From Dudresnaya verticillata (taxonomy: Eukaryota), in assembly GCA_977862235.1 (NCBI GenBank), contig OZ374558.1, positions 2,108,001-2,172,000 on the forward strand: a DNA stretch of 64,000 nt, written 5' to 3'. A model generated the notes under the pieces. That model was not told the DNA's origin. It searched no databases and saw only the letters and a program-made list of their open reading frames with translations. Positions 10,633 through 23,122 of this stretch are shown one piece after another. Each line of letters begins with the position of its first letter. The first letter of the stretch is position 1. Both the position numbers and the translations under genes were made by a program.

Positions 10633-11359
10633 TCGTGGAAGACTTGAACTCGATGAACGAACGAGGCCAAAACGTTTGATCCATCATTGGATGCTGTTGC
10701 CAATGTGCAGCATTCCCAAATTCAGTAACAGTCAGTAGCGACTGTGTTCACATATGGTTGTCACTTAACGTGTCATGCCAGCAACGGATTTGCGCATTGT
10801 TCGTGCGCGTTGGGGGCGTCGGTAACCAGAAGGGGCTGCGATAGCGCTTGCTGCGAAGAGCACTGGTCAGGCGGCTCGCAACGGTACTATGCTTTCTCTG
10901 CTTTCTATGCTTTGACGGTAGTGTGATTGCGGCGCGATTGACTAGCGACGACTGGCGCAGTGCGTGGCGACTAAAATGGTGGCATTTCCGTAGCAACATG
11001 GCACAGGAGGAGGAGACCTTTATTACATGGCACAGCGACAGTCAGCGTCATGGATGAACGCATTCGCGTTGCACGCGTTGCTGCGAGCAAAGCTGCTCGT
11101 ATTAGGTCGCCAACAGCAGTAGAAAATGGAAACGGATCCGTTCTACTTCCGTCTATCTGCGTTGAACAATTATACACATATGGTAAACACGGCCTTCACA
11201 GTTCGATGAAGAGTGCAATTAGAGCTGTACGCATTGGTAGTGATGCGCAAAGCGATGAAAGCTCCGTTTGTGCAGGTTCTGTTACAGTCGCTCGATGCAA
11301 CCAGCCAGCGGACGTAGAAATGTATTCGGACATGGCGATTAACGGTGCGCCGTCAGCTG

Positions 11360-11445
11360 CTGGCGTTGTCAGCTGCGTCATCAGCTCTGCCATCAGCTGC
11401 ACCATTAGCTGCGCCGTCAGCTGTTCCATCAGCTGCGTCATCATT
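11360..11445 (+). repeat. Degenerate 12-bp tandem repeat (cagctgcgtcat)
   Basis: About six to seven copies visible. Confidence 0.8.
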
Positions 11446-11502
11446 TGCGCCTTGAATGCTTGTGACACGCTGTAGAACCTCCCCGTCCTGTGCAAACTTA
11501 CC

Positions 11503-11735
11503 GGAACGACGACGGGACGACGACGGGACGACGACGGGACGACGACGGGACGACGACGGGACGACGACGGGACGACGACGGGACGACGACGGGACGACGA
11601 CGGGACGACGACGGGATGACGACGGGATGACGACGGGACGACGAAGGGACGACGAAGGTACCATGGCGCGAAGACGAAGGTACCATGGCGGTACCATGAC
11701 GGGACCATGACGGGAACATGACGGGACCACGGCGG
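11503..11735 (+). repeat. 11-bp minisatellite (GGGACGACGAC)n degenerating to GGGACCATGAC
   Basis: About 12 near-perfect copies followed by degenerate ones. Confidence 0.95.
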
Positions 11736-12890
11736 TACGGCGACATACCAGATACTCAAAGCGTTGATGTGCCACTGTATGCAAGAACTGAAGCAATCCC
11801 GTATGACTTAGAATCGCCTTGCACCACCGGACTCCCAGCTGGCTTGCATCCGGCTTTTCCAGAATTGTCGGGCGTCCCGGCGAGCTCGTTGCCGCTTGTA
11901 CGCGATCGCTCGCGCGACTGCCACACCGATCCCTTCCGCGTCTTCGATGCATCCTCAGCACTTCGCACTACGCATCTGAGCACCATGGATCCCAGATTTC
12001 TGTCCCTTTGCGTACTGCGCCGGTTCCGCACTCTCGCAGAGCACTTTTCCGCAGCAGCGCCATCCTTTCCCTCCGTTGGTCCATGTGCCGGCCCTGGCAA
12101 AGCAGCTATGAAAGAACTCCCGCTCTGCCGTGTCTCAAAGACACTACCGCCACAATGGCACAACTGCTCTTCACTTGCTGTTACTTGATTGTGTTGCTCC
12201 AACATACGGTCTGTGTGACCTGTGCTTTATGGATTATGGCCATCTGCTTCAACATTGCACCGCGCTCCACTTGATCTCAACTGAACTGTCTGTAGTGCCT
12301 GTTCTGTCTTGATACTGCTCACCTCGTGCGCATCGCTTTCACTGCATCCTGATTTATGCATGGTCGAGTCTGCGAGGCAGCGTAGATGCCACTTGTCGAA
12401 AAGCTTCCCGCACAACGACGGTGACTCCAGGGCTGCCGCGGTTGTCGCCGCCCTGCTGGTGCCCACGCGCTCATCCCGCCTCCCGCTTGACGTAGGTCAA
12501 TCGTGCGAGCCGGGGCAGATCGCGCGAGTTGGGGCGGGTTCGGGTGACTAGAGCGTCTCTTCGACAGTTTGAGGGTGTGGAGTACGTTGACCCAACATAC
12601 ATCAAGTTTGTTTTGATTTTCTGCTTGTTTTAAGCCCATATTCTCGTTTTGTGATGGTTATCTACAGGTTACTCAAAAGACGGGCCACATTACCTTCCTC
12701 TCCAAAGAACGAGGCAGTTGACTTATCAAATGACCAGAAACACACCCCGCCGAGGAGTGCCCTACTGGAGGCGATCTAAGGGAAAACTACACGTGTCGGA
12801 AGTTGCCACCCAAAAAGGGCTCGTTTTTGCACATTTAGGCGCTCCCCAGAATCTCAAAACGCTCCCCGGTGCTACAACTACAACCACCGC

Positions 12891-13005
12891 TTTACAACAT
12901 GCGCCTGCCCAACACTTAGGGCATGTGAAGCCGGAGGTAGGCTGGCACATTCGCATCGTCTAGGCAAAATGACCCCTTTTTATTCTGCGTCTCCCGAATA
13001 GCCGT
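12891..13005. repeat. Dispersed repeat, second copy at 16297-16408 (probable TE remnant)
   Basis: tttacaacatgcgcctgcccaacacttagg...gaatagccgt shared; minus strand reads QPTSGFTCPKCWAGACCK in both. Confidence 0.8.
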
Positions 13006-13285
13006 GAAGGGCTGTTTCGGAAGGCCATGGCACGAAATCAACAGCCATCTGTAGATAGCGGAGCAGCCGGAATGTAGCAAACGTTTCTGGACTGAAAGAA
13101 AATAGTATTCTCACTGCCACCAGTACGCGGCACTGACAGTGCGGTGGGTACCTGAGGCTGTCGGAAATAGCAGACCGGGCGGCAAAACGCCCACAAAGTA
13201 CAGCCTGAGAGGATGCGATACGTTTACCTTTACGAGAGCGGCAGAAGGACGTAGAGACTGCGTCGTAAACACGAAGCAGATTCAC

Positions 13286-13365
13286 CCGTTGTGGGCTGAG
13301 AGTGAGAGAGGTTACTCCGCCCGCTTCCGGGCGGAGTAACCTCTCTCACTCTCAGCCCACAACGG
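13286..13365. repeat. Perfect inverted repeat: 38-bp arms, 4-nt loop
   Basis: ccgttgtgggctgagagtgagagaggttactccgcccg-cttc-cgggcggagtaacctctctcactctcagcccacaacgg. Confidence 0.97.
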
Positions 13366-13734
13366 TCCTTTATGCCAATTACAGAATGATATTGGGCGTA
13401 AAGCACGAAGCAATGTCATTGGCTGGCCGATTCCACTTGTCGCATGCGTACGGGCCAGACTATCCATTCGCGTGGAAGAGGGGAAACTCGGCCCACCGAC
13501 GACACCCGCTCTTGACGGTGGCGCGATCTCTGATGCTGCCGCATCATAACCAGGCGGTGCCTTATTTGGATCACCGGTACATATTTGTTTCGCAGAGCAA
13601 GCTTCGTTCAACCTCGTCTACGACGGAATTGAGAGGCCATCACAGCTAAGCGTTTCGTACATACTTCCGCATTCAAGTGGAACTGCTCCCGGGGACTCCC
13701 GCAGATTGTTCTCAGGACTGCATAAGGGCCCGCG

Positions 13735-14973
13735 ATGCACCCGCAGACACAACTAAATTCTCAGATGGACTGGGCGTACGACCCACTCCCGGATCCCACG
13801 CCACTGTCCATTCGACAAGGTCTTTCAGTGGCTCAGCTACCGCCCTACTCGGCTCTCGTTTCTGTTGGGTCATATCGCCCGGCTCCGCTCCAGACTGTTG
13901 CGCCTTCTGTCTTTAATTACTCACCGCTAGGATCTGGGCAGAGTAATATCAACCCCATGGAACAGGCAGCACCGCTCCTGTTTCAGGGAATGCCGATACT
14001 TCGTCCAATTCCCACACCTCACACGTCTATTGTATCGCCCTTCACTCCGAATCAAGTGGAACGGCGAACTATTGCTGCATCACACCCGATTTCACCACAT
14101 TCTCCGTCACCTGGAGTGATGATTCCATCAATCGGCGGAAAGAGATCAACCTCGTACCGTATGCAACTGACAGGCCCGAAACCACATGTCTGTGGCAATG
14201 GTGAAAGCCATTTTCTGCCTTTTTTGCACCGTCAGACGTGTCCGGTGGGGTGGGTGCATGGCAACTTCGACACTGCCCCGATTTCGACGTTGCAGAGACA
14301 TGAACATACGCAACGGAGTGCATTGGGCTCGCATATGCTACAACTTCCTACTATGGAGCCGGAACCATACAGTATTGCCAAGGTTTCAACACTCGTCAAA
14401 TGCCGAAGAGTAGGTTCCTTTGACAACAGGGCCTGGACGCCAAACCCGCTATTCATCATCCCACACGAGCCCGGTTCATCAAGATGCCCCTTCGTTGCGC
14501 CATCCGAAACTCCCATGGAGAAGATACGAGAGAAGAACCTGAGAACATCTGACTCTCGTTCTAGTCAGATCAGTAGCCCTGAAGATCCGAAGGCTCCCAT
14601 GACGGACCTGGGCCAATATGAGTTGCATTCTCGTCCCAAATCAAACGATTCCCGTGATCTCACCGCCACGGAAAACGCGGAGGACCTTTTTCGTATACCC
14701 GAATCTATCCAGAGAGACGAACACACCAAGCGTTTCCCGTGTGCCTACATTCCGTGCAGGGCTACATTCGGAACCAGGGGTGATATGAAGCGCCATTTTG
14801 AAAGCATCCACAAGAAGCATCGCAGGTTTGGTTGCCCATACTGTTCATTGGTCACCACCAGGGCTTCTGTATTGAAGAAGCATCACCATAGGAAACACAG
14901 ATACAAACCCTATAACGGACCAGCCGACAAAGGAGCCCCCGGGACCGCAGCGATTAATAACAATGCGGGCTAG
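13735..14973 (+). CDS. C2H2 zinc-finger protein (probable transcription factor)
   Basis: FPCAYIPCRATFGTRGDMKRHFESIH and FGCPYCSLVTTRASVLKKHHHRKH near C-terminus; Pro/Ser-rich N-terminus. Confidence 0.85.
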   Translation: MHPQTQLNSQMDWAYDPLPDPTPLSIRQGLSVAQLPPYSALVSVGSYRPAPLQTVAPSVFNYSPLGSGQSNINPMEQAAPLLFQGMPILRPIPTPHTSIVSPFTPNQVERRTIAASHPISPHSPSPGVMIPSIGGKRSTSYRMQLTGPKPHVCGNGESHFLPFLHRQTCPVGWVHGNFDTAPISTLQRHEHTQRSALGSHMLQLPTMEPEPYSIAKVSTLVKCRRVGSFDNRAWTPNPLFIIPHEPGSSRCPFVAPSETPMEKIREKNLRTSDSRSSQISSPEDPKAPMTDLGQYELHSRPKSNDSRDLTATENAEDLFRIPESIQRDEHTKRFPCAYIPCRATFGTRGDMKRHFESIHKKHRRFGCPYCSLVTTRASVLKKHHHRKHRYKPYNGPADKGAPGTAAINNNAG

Positions 14974-15924
14974 TAGCTGCCGGTGTATTGTGTTTCGTGG
15001 CGCAGGTGCAGATTGTTGATAACGGAGAGACGCAGTGTCCTCGTCAGGAATCCTTTACTTATCATTCCTGTTCCGAATGCTCGCCATGCTTTCTGGACTT
15101 TAAAGGTTACGAAGCGATAGAATTTCTTCCCACTGTCGTTGTATGTTGTGAGTGAATCACCGATAGCATCTTAGTTGAAAACGTGCGTTTGCGTTTGTTG
15201 CATAAAGGAGATGAACACGCTCTGTTGGCCACTGTTGTTATTCAATACGTAGCGGTCGCGGTCCATCTCCGCAGGCTCGTTGACTGCAGAGCACGTCATG
15301 CCAGAAATTAAGCCCCCAAAGGGACTCCAGCTTTCTTCTTTGAATAAAGTGTACTACTACTAGTGCTTATCGCACGATTCAAGAGCACGTGCTCTTTTTG
15401 TCGCCGTCTGAAAAGATCGAAGGATTGAGGAAGTAAGGATGTAGATCGGGAGGTAGAGGGCCACACAGCGAGAAGGCGGTTGAGCCAGTGGTGTAGACAG
15501 CGAGGAGACGTTAAGAAAGTTTTCACCAGAGCACGGGCTGGGAATCACGCGCTCCGGAAATTGGGACGGCTGCGAGGGGCGAAGAGAGGCCACGAGGCTA
15601 CCGTGTAGATCACGGCCGTGGTGGGCGCTGGCGCGACTCGGACGAGAACATGAGGTCGACGACGGTGGTAGAGGGACTTGTGGGCTGAGGAGGGATCACG
15701 GCCAGGATGGAGGTGGCAGGTGCGATTGCCGCTCAGCGTCGCTCCGCGCTCTGTACGAAATATCTGGGATCAAATTGCGCATGGCCAATCGGCGATGAGA
15801 ATGAGGCCTGCTGGCCCCCGCCTTCCCACATCCGGGCGACGATTCGCTGATGACTGCATCTGACACGTCAATTCGGCCCATGCTCTCCGTACTGCCCTCC
15901 AAGTTTGCCAAGACTGGGCTCAAC

Positions 15925-16100
15925 GCAACGGAATGACCTGGTCTATCCGTAAATGTGCTGTGATCTTACCAAGTCGCCACCGCGGCCGCGCAAGTTCCAC
16001 AGTTTTCGACTGGCAGGGCAAACACTCCGGCATCAATCCGCAACGAGATATCTAGGTGATATCTGATATATATTGATATATCCCCCGCCGGGATTGAAGG
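15925..16100 (+). pseudogene. Possible remnant of a non-LTR reverse transcriptase (late RT domains)
   Basis: GMTWSIRKCAVI and, downstream after frameshift, RYLG. Confidence 0.4.
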
Positions 16101-18080
16101 GGTTACAATCCTTTCACCTCTCACACACACACCCCCCCCCCCCAAGAAGGTTTTGCACTACCTCAAATTCAGATTCCTGTCAGCGAAAATGACACCGAAA
16201 GCTGAAGCACTCCCAAATGCAAGAGACTCACCTGGAATGACCCTCGAAACTACCCAGTGCTCGTTCATGTTCAACTGGCATGTCTCCAATCCAATCTTTA
16301 CAACATGCGCCTGCCCAACACTTAGGACATGTGAAGCCCGAGGTAGGCTGGAACATCCGCATCGTCTAGGCGAGATGTCCTCTTTTTCTGCGTCTCCGGA
16401 ATAGCCGTCTGCTACAACTCGGTCCTTCAGATGCCCCAGCTCGTGCGCTCTTCCAAGCCGGCTCAATATCAACAGGTATGGCCATGAAGAGCTTCGCACG
16501 CTTTCATAATTGCGCCTTCCCATCGCCTCGTCCAAATAGAGCACCCTTCCAATCCGTAGACATGCCCGGCCACAGAGCCCATGTGTTGCGATAGCCCCTC
16601 CACTCCGTCCCTGTCAAACAAGCCCCACGCCTGAATGCTGCCGACTCCAACAGATCATCGCACCAAACCCGCAAACCCATGCGCGCCTAGTCAGCCTTTC
16701 CCAGATCTGCGTCCATTCTTCTGAGCTCCAGACCTGAACAGAGCAGGCAGCATCACCTTATGATCTCATCGAAATTCCCCTCCCGCAACAAAAACACCCA
16801 GTACTGAAATTCATTCTCTCCAATACCCAAGTAGAACATGTCTACTAGCACTAAACACGAAGAGTCCTGCTGCCGCAGTCCCGCCCCGTCTCCTCAGCAC
16901 CGTTCATGCTTCACGAAATATTTAGGGAATCAGTCCTACATCTCCGCAACTCATCGCACTCAAAACCTAGTCTTCGCAAGGCGTTCGCTTGGACCGCCCA
17001 GACCACCGTCAGGGCGCTTGCAAGTTCTCGGGATCTGTCTCGACAGTATTTTGACCACATCCGATAAAGGCCCATCTCTCTCAGTCTCTGCGCCAGGCCG
17101 TCGCTTCCCTCCAGCCGACCACCGACTTCAGGATCTTGCCGCGCCCCGTCGCAATGGCGCCAAGCCGTAGACAGCCGACGAACAGCACATGTTTTATGAC
17201 ACTTCACGTTTTGCCTCGGCCATGGAGCTCCCCATGGAGCTCCCCTCACCAGTCCCAACGGCTTGCTCGCAATCCCGGTGAAGTCTCGACGGCGCAGCGC
17301 TTGGACGAACTGCTGCGTCATGGCGTACATGCTTTAGTGCGCGGCCACTAGTCTTGTGATCGACGTTGCGTACCCGACAGGGTGGCGGCGCGGAGCGGCT
17401 GCTGGGGTTTCAGCGAGCGCATTGCATGCGCGGACACATGCTCTTCGGGGTGGCATCACCCTCAGCGCAGTTCAAGAATCCGCCGGCGGATCAATTCTAT
17501 ATGCCCGAAATCCGTCCAAAAAGCGCTCGCACAACAGCCGGTACGGTGTTGGCCGGCGTTGATTGGCTCTGCAATCCTGAAATACAGTAGCCAATCGAAC
17601 CCATCCTTCTCCCCAATTCAGGAGACGCCCAGAATCCCATTAATGCTTCAGTCCGCCTATTGTCTACCACCAGCAATGCCTCTCGCACCACTCCGCCTGT
17701 GCATCCCCAACATCATGGCTCGTCATCTCACCTTGTAGTATCGTTCTGTACGCCGTCTCCTTGATGCTGAGTTCATGCGTCCGCAAAAACTCTCTTTGAC
17801 CTTGTTGCGTAACAATGGCGTCAAGCCACACGCACACACCCGATGAACAGAGCCTGTCCGGGGCACTGCTATGAACCTTTCTTCTTCGGAGACAGCGCCT
17901 GCAGTACACGCAGCTATCGCGGCTTCGGAGCCGGTGCGACGCGCGTTGGTGTCCTCTGCGTGGAGTGGACACCACTGCAGCTGCCGTTCTTCACCTTCTG
18001 TCCCCTGCCTTCCCCCACGATGAGCCGACCTCCTCCAGCTTATACCCCGATCTGCACGATCTACAACCCCACCCCACCCC

Positions 18081-18464
18081 GAACTGAAGCAATCCCGTAC
18101 GGCCTGAGAATCCCCTTGCACCACCGGACCCACACCTGGGTTGTATCCAGCTTCTCCAGAGCGGTTGGACGTCGATGCCGCTGGAAATGCCTCTTCTTCT
18201 GTTTATATCTCGGAGAATCTCTGCGTTTGTCGTATTTCGATGTAGTCGGATTGGTGATATGCGCATCTCCAAACAGAGCGGAACAAGAAGGGTAATAATT
18301 AGTCATCGGGAGCTTTACAGATCACTGTAGGCTGTCTGTGATCCTAGGAGATGAGTGCTGTAGACTACTCTCCAGCTTCGCACGTGCACACGCCAACCCG
18401 TGGGACTCGATCCCACGACCTCCATGGCGGACCAAGCAAAAAGAAACCACTAAGCTATTGCCGC
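18081..18464 (-). mobile_element. tRNA-headed SINE candidate
   Basis: Head 18464-18391 has A box TAGCTTAGTGG and T-arm/B box GTGGG-ATCGAGT-CCCAC but no acceptor stem; distal 18081-18173 is homologous to 11785-11877. Confidence 0.55.
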
Positions 18465-18829
18465 TTCCTTGTGGATTTGCTTGGTGTAGTGCTGTGATGC
18501 TCCCTAGTTAAGATCCTACCTCAGTAGGTGCATACAGTGCGCCGACGGTTGATGGCCTTGCCTTCTGCGTTTGCAATATGGGATTCTGTGCCCAGTCCAG
18601 TAACTATCAAGTAAAGTTTTCACTTCTCTTGTATCAATGCGTTTGTGTTGTCCGTCTGTTGGCAACAAAGGCATACAACTATGCGACAAGCTCAAGTGAG
18701 ATTGATATTGAAAAGAGACATTATGAAGGAGAAGGACAGTAAAATAGAAAACCCCAAAGGGCCAACCGCTAGTCCGGCACTTTCCAAGGTTTAAGAATGA
18801 ACAGAAAAGAAGTGTTGCGATTATGGATC

Positions 18830-20125
18830 CTATTTGTTAATATCTGGCGTATGGAGCCAAGGCTTGGCACTTAGGACAATCTCTTGCTCTTCTGCAACAG
18901 GAGTAACTGATGCCATATTCGGAGAGGTGATGTGTGCAATATCCATAATCTTTTCTGGATTGTACTGAAGGATCTCCTTAATAAGTTCTAGTCTTAATTT
19001 CTCATGCGAAAGATCCTTGAGATGGAGAAAAGAATCCAATGATAGAACTGGACCAGCAGCTGCACCATCACCCAAGTAGCGGTACACATCAAAATACTGG
19101 TGGCTAAGGGCCTCTTCCGCAGATATTCGTTCGGTCGGATCCCACTTCAACATCCCCTCGAGCAAATTCACCGCAGAGACATCCAATCCGAGCAATCTAT
19201 CTCGCAGAGACTTTTCCTCCGAAAGGGTTGAACGTTGTCCCAGATGACGCATCGCCCTGCGACTATCTGCCATGCGAAGTTTCTCTTTGAATGTCTTAGG
19301 TGCGGTTCCCAGTACATGCGTGAAACGTTCAAGCTGATTGCGCAGGCTTTTTCCTCTGAAAAGTACAGAACCCATTAGCATCTCTGCGAAGATACAGCCA
19401 ACACTCCATATATCGATAGATGTGGAGAATTGAGTCGTATCCTCAAGAAGAACTTCAGGTGCCTTGTACCAGATATTGAAGCAGTACTCATTCCAAAACT
19501 CATGGCCCTGCCGATCTTGATAGTTCAGCCTTGCAACCTCAAGCTTCCCAATACGCAGGGCGCAATCGGAGTTGATGAAAATGCTTTTCGGCTCAAGATT
19601 GCGATGCGCAACCCGAGATCTGTGCATAAATGTGACACCTCGTAGGAGCTGAAACATGAAGTATCTCACGTGCTCCTTGCTGAGCAGCCTGGTTCTGTTC
19701 AGGATACCTGATAAATCGCTTCCCATTAGTTCAAATACCACAAAGGTATCTACGAAGCGGTCAAGATCATTCGGAAGTAAGACATCCTTAACCTGAATTA
19801 TGTTCTCATGCTTGGACAAATGTCGAAGCAATTTGAGCTCATGGACGACACGTTTCGCTAGCGGACCGGTTCTTATGCTGTCCAGAATACGTTTGATTGC
19901 AACGCGCTCCCCCGTAACGATGTTCTCCGCGGCAAACACAACTCCATTTCCACCGCTTCCAATGCGACGAGTTAGCTTGTACTTCGTAAGACCGATGTAT
20001 TCCGGGAAGAAGAGAGCAGACATTATTCTTGACCCGTGATCACGCGCTTCTACACGATCCTCTGCTGGGGCATCCACCTTTGAGTCTTCTCCGCTGGTCT
20101 GAATCGGACTTGGATCGGCTTTCAT
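18830..20125 (-). CDS. MAP kinase-like protein with degenerate catalytic motifs (probable pseudokinase)
   Basis: IGSGGNGVV, VAIKRI, ELKLLRHL, FMFQLLRG, WYKAPE, IDIWSVGCIFAEML, RISAEEALSHQYF; but HRNLEP and IGKLEVAR. Confidence 0.85.
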   Translation of the reverse strand: MKADPSPIQTSGEDSKVDAPAEDRVEARDHGSRIMSALFFPEYIGLTKYKLTRRIGSGGNGVVFAAENIVTGERVAIKRILDSIRTGPLAKRVVHELKLLRHLSKHENIIQVKDVLLPNDLDRFVDTFVVFELMGSDLSGILNRTRLLSKEHVRYFMFQLLRGVTFMHRSRVAHRNLEPKSIFINSDCALRIGKLEVARLNYQDRQGHEFWNEYCFNIWYKAPEVLLEDTTQFSTSIDIWSVGCIFAEMLMGSVLFRGKSLRNQLERFTHVLGTAPKTFKEKLRMADSRRAMRHLGQRSTLSEEKSLRDRLLGLDVSAVNLLEGMLKWDPTERISAEEALSHQYFDVYRYLGDGAAAGPVLSLDSFLHLKDLSHEKLRLELIKEILQYNPEKIMDIAHITSPNMASVTPVAEEQEIVLSAKPWLHTPDINK

Positions 20126-21896
20126 CGTTTTCTAGGATGCGAAACAGGATCTAGGACGGTAGTAGTTCTGGTCGACGAAGGCTTCCAAACAGAGACTTGA
20201 AATGTGCAAGAGAGACTCAGTAACCAAAAGTTTCCAGGCTCAGAGCTCGAACAAACACGACCTCTACGTGTCAGCCAGTTACGAGTGGTGTAGTAAACTG
20301 GCCCTTCTTCGTGGCATTCGATAAGTACCATTCAGCAAGCAACAGGAAGATAGGGGTTAGAAGAGTTTGGGAAGAACAGTCTAGAGCAACGGCTGTTGTC
20401 ACGTTGGCATGAAAGTCCTAGCATTCAGTGCCCGGAAGGCGTCAAAAACATCCAAAGAGTTGCTCGCCGGTTTCGCGAGTTACAGTGATAGGAAGTGGAG
20501 AAGTAGGACTTACGGAATTCTCGAGGAGAGTTGGGACGAAAGGCAGCGTTAGAATCGCTTTCGCTGCCTGTGTGCTTTTGCGAGGATGACAATCAGAAAG
20601 TCATCGGGCGCGACCAAGCCATGAACAAACCTCTCTTCGACACGTCCAGCGGCAGGTATTTGCAGGTTTGAGAATTGGAGTTGCCGGCACAGGGACGAGG
20701 CCAGCTAATTGCACTGCACTGGTAACGGATTGCTGCTGAAGGAGGAGTGCGTTGGTGAGATTCTTTGCGCTCGGAGCGAAGCCCAGCCAGGAAAGGGTGG
20801 CGACGTTTGTAGTAAGCCGTCAAGTGGAACGTCGCGGTCGACTAGGCCCACAATGGGATTGTTAGAGTGGGCGTGCAGAACGAAAACGGCCAAAGACAAG
20901 TGATAACAGGGTAAGAATTACTGTGGTGATTACAGTTCATACCGGGGCCCGAAATGACAGCGATGAGGCACTATTCAGTGTCGATTGTTCAATAATATGG
21001 GACAACACAGTGGATAGATTCGAGAATTGACACTCTTCCACTTTACCAGAAGTAAACCAATGAAATTTAAAGCTCAATCTGAAGTGGTGGTGCTGCAGAA
21101 CTAACGCGTGGCACCACTACACTACTACTTGTCAGATGGTGGGTTGCGGCTGCTGTTAGCAAAACCTCCGCCGTCCGTCCACAGGTCACATGCGCTGAGA
21201 AATATGCTCGCATACGATTCTCGATTGAGACCGTCATCTGCCGAGGCTTCTTGTCACCCAACACCGGGTACCGAAGGTGAGATATCAAGTAGAGGTCAAA
21301 TGGTAAAGGTGTGAAGGGGCTTGTTGACCTTCCTCACTTGACCGAAGTTAGTCTCTCTCCCACTACCAAAATAGCCATGGTTGGCAGTAGATAGATGCCC
21401 TGGAACCGCTGTCAATGCCACTGTGTTCTCCTGAAAATTATTTGCAAGCGCTTAGGTCGACTGCTTGTTCCTCAGGGCCTTTTGGGCTTCTCTGCTTGCT
21501 TGCACCAGAACAAAGGCCATTTGTCCAAGCTGTAAAATGATGGGTTACCGAGAACGCCGTTGTAGGTAGTGAAAATATTCGGTCTAGAGGAGGATAAGGC
21601 AGGAGTAGTGGAATTTAATTCCCTATTGCCCCGTCGGTTATTGCATATCTATACAATTCCTTCATGACAGGACCACTGCAAAATGAACAACGACAAAAGA
21701 GCAACTATTACTGAGATCAGAACCCAAAGAGTGCTTTGCGAGAGTATGACCATCGAAGCTGATTTTCAGTTGCCATGGGCGCTGAGTTATGTTCCGATCT
21801 TGTTAAGACTTAAGCATCAAAAAGAGAAGGAATCGATGAAAGCATCCCTCCTTTCAAGTAAACACCGGTCAAGGGTAGATAAAGAAATAAACGGTG

Positions 21897-22560
21897 TCAC
21901 CTCGTAGCTAGCACCATGAATTTCCGATGTAGCAGATTGTAGATCTTTTTTTGTAATAGAGTTTGCGAGTCACAGCGGTATAAGTGCGCGATCGCCTCGA
22001 GGGTGCGATGAAACTCGGAACCTAAGTCGCCATGAATGTCGCAACCAAGAGGCCGAAGCATGATATGAGCAGTTCTGCAAGCTTTTCGGTATTTCCTTTT
22101 TTTGCCACGTTCAGCGGATGCTGCAGCGCCTATCGCATTTGTCGCTAAGGCAGAGATGTAGGTTGGGTTAGATGGACTAACTATAGTCACTTCGTAACCC
22201 AGGGCAGAAAGGAGCATTTGTCCAAGACGAGGCCGAGTCTTCGGGTATCATCGTGACCGGTGAAGGACTGCTCGTGGAATACCGGTAGGGCAATAGTCTC
22301 GTAGGATAAAGCCGAGAACGGCTGGTCACGGACTGAATTATGGCGACGCGAAGAGCCATGAGCGCAAGCGTAACAGGTAGAATCATCGTACCCGAATTGC
22401 CTAGCGGAACAGAGCGACCTGCGCTTGCCATAATGGCACCACAATTGGTGATACCAGAAAAAATAGAGCTGCGCAGTCGAAGATCTACTGCACCACAGCA
22501 ATCCTAGTATCCGTTGAGATACGGGTACCACATCACGGACCCATGAGCATAGAAAAGACT
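21897..22560 (-). mobile_element. Decayed RLE-type non-LTR retrotransposon fragment
   Basis: GYEVTIVSP...AASAERGKKRKYRKAC...LRPLGCDIHGDLGSEF parallels GFDVSVVSP...AIAARERVKRSHYRRVC...HPMVVDVYGRVGSGF; frameshifted upstream. Confidence 0.7.
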
Positions 22561-23093
22561 TGACGGGACTCCAGGGTGATGGTAAACTTTTACTGGTTGT
22601 TTAAGGTGGTCTCACGCTGGCGATTAAGGCCCATTAGCGAGCGCACCGGCACTAAGTGCCAGGTTGGACATGGGGGAAGGGCGGCATGAAGGGGGGAGGT
22701 TAGGAGAGGACGGGGCGAGTGGGTCACATAAGGGCCGAGGGGGGCGGATACTCTGCAGCGCAGAGTTCCCGAATGGAAGCGATGGTAGTAGTGATTGTAG
22801 CGAGGTCGTGTGGTGTGGGGTCCCGCAGCGCCAACTTGTAGAGTCCGTGGGTGCGGGTGTTGCAAGAAAGTAAACGGACTTTCCCCAGTTGTTCCACACG
22901 AGAGGTGCATGGGGGCATGTGCAAACCTCGTTCTGTTCAACGGGGAATGTGGGCTAGATTCAGAAGGAGAACGCTTACCAGCGCATTGTAAACACCGGTA
23001 CTCATTCTTTGGGGTCAGCAGCTCTGGAGCATCCAGAATGGACCTTGTCTGTTTCGGAAGGAACGCCATATATGTGTTTGTGAAGGGGTTTCC

Positions 23094-23122
23094 TCTTTCC
23101 TATGCATAAAGGTCTCCATCTC
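23094..23122 (+). mobile_element. ~30-bp 3' terminus of CRE-like subfamily B
   Basis: tctttcctatgcataaaggtctccatctc is the reverse complement of 28692-28720. Confidence 0.65.

Noticed and set aside
10437..11735. CRISPR-like arrays or coding repeats (LRFTVYG, SSSRRRPVVVP ORFs)
   Set aside because: Head-to-tail repeats without spacers, no cas genes; ORFs arise from stop-free repeats
16450..17960. Further LINE remnants (WAGHV-like and VIDVAYP motifs)
   Set aside because: Too degraded to define boundaries or family by eye
18391..18464. Functional tRNA gene
   Set aside because: Acceptor stem does not pair and the D/anticodon arms are irregular; treated as a SINE head or pseudogene
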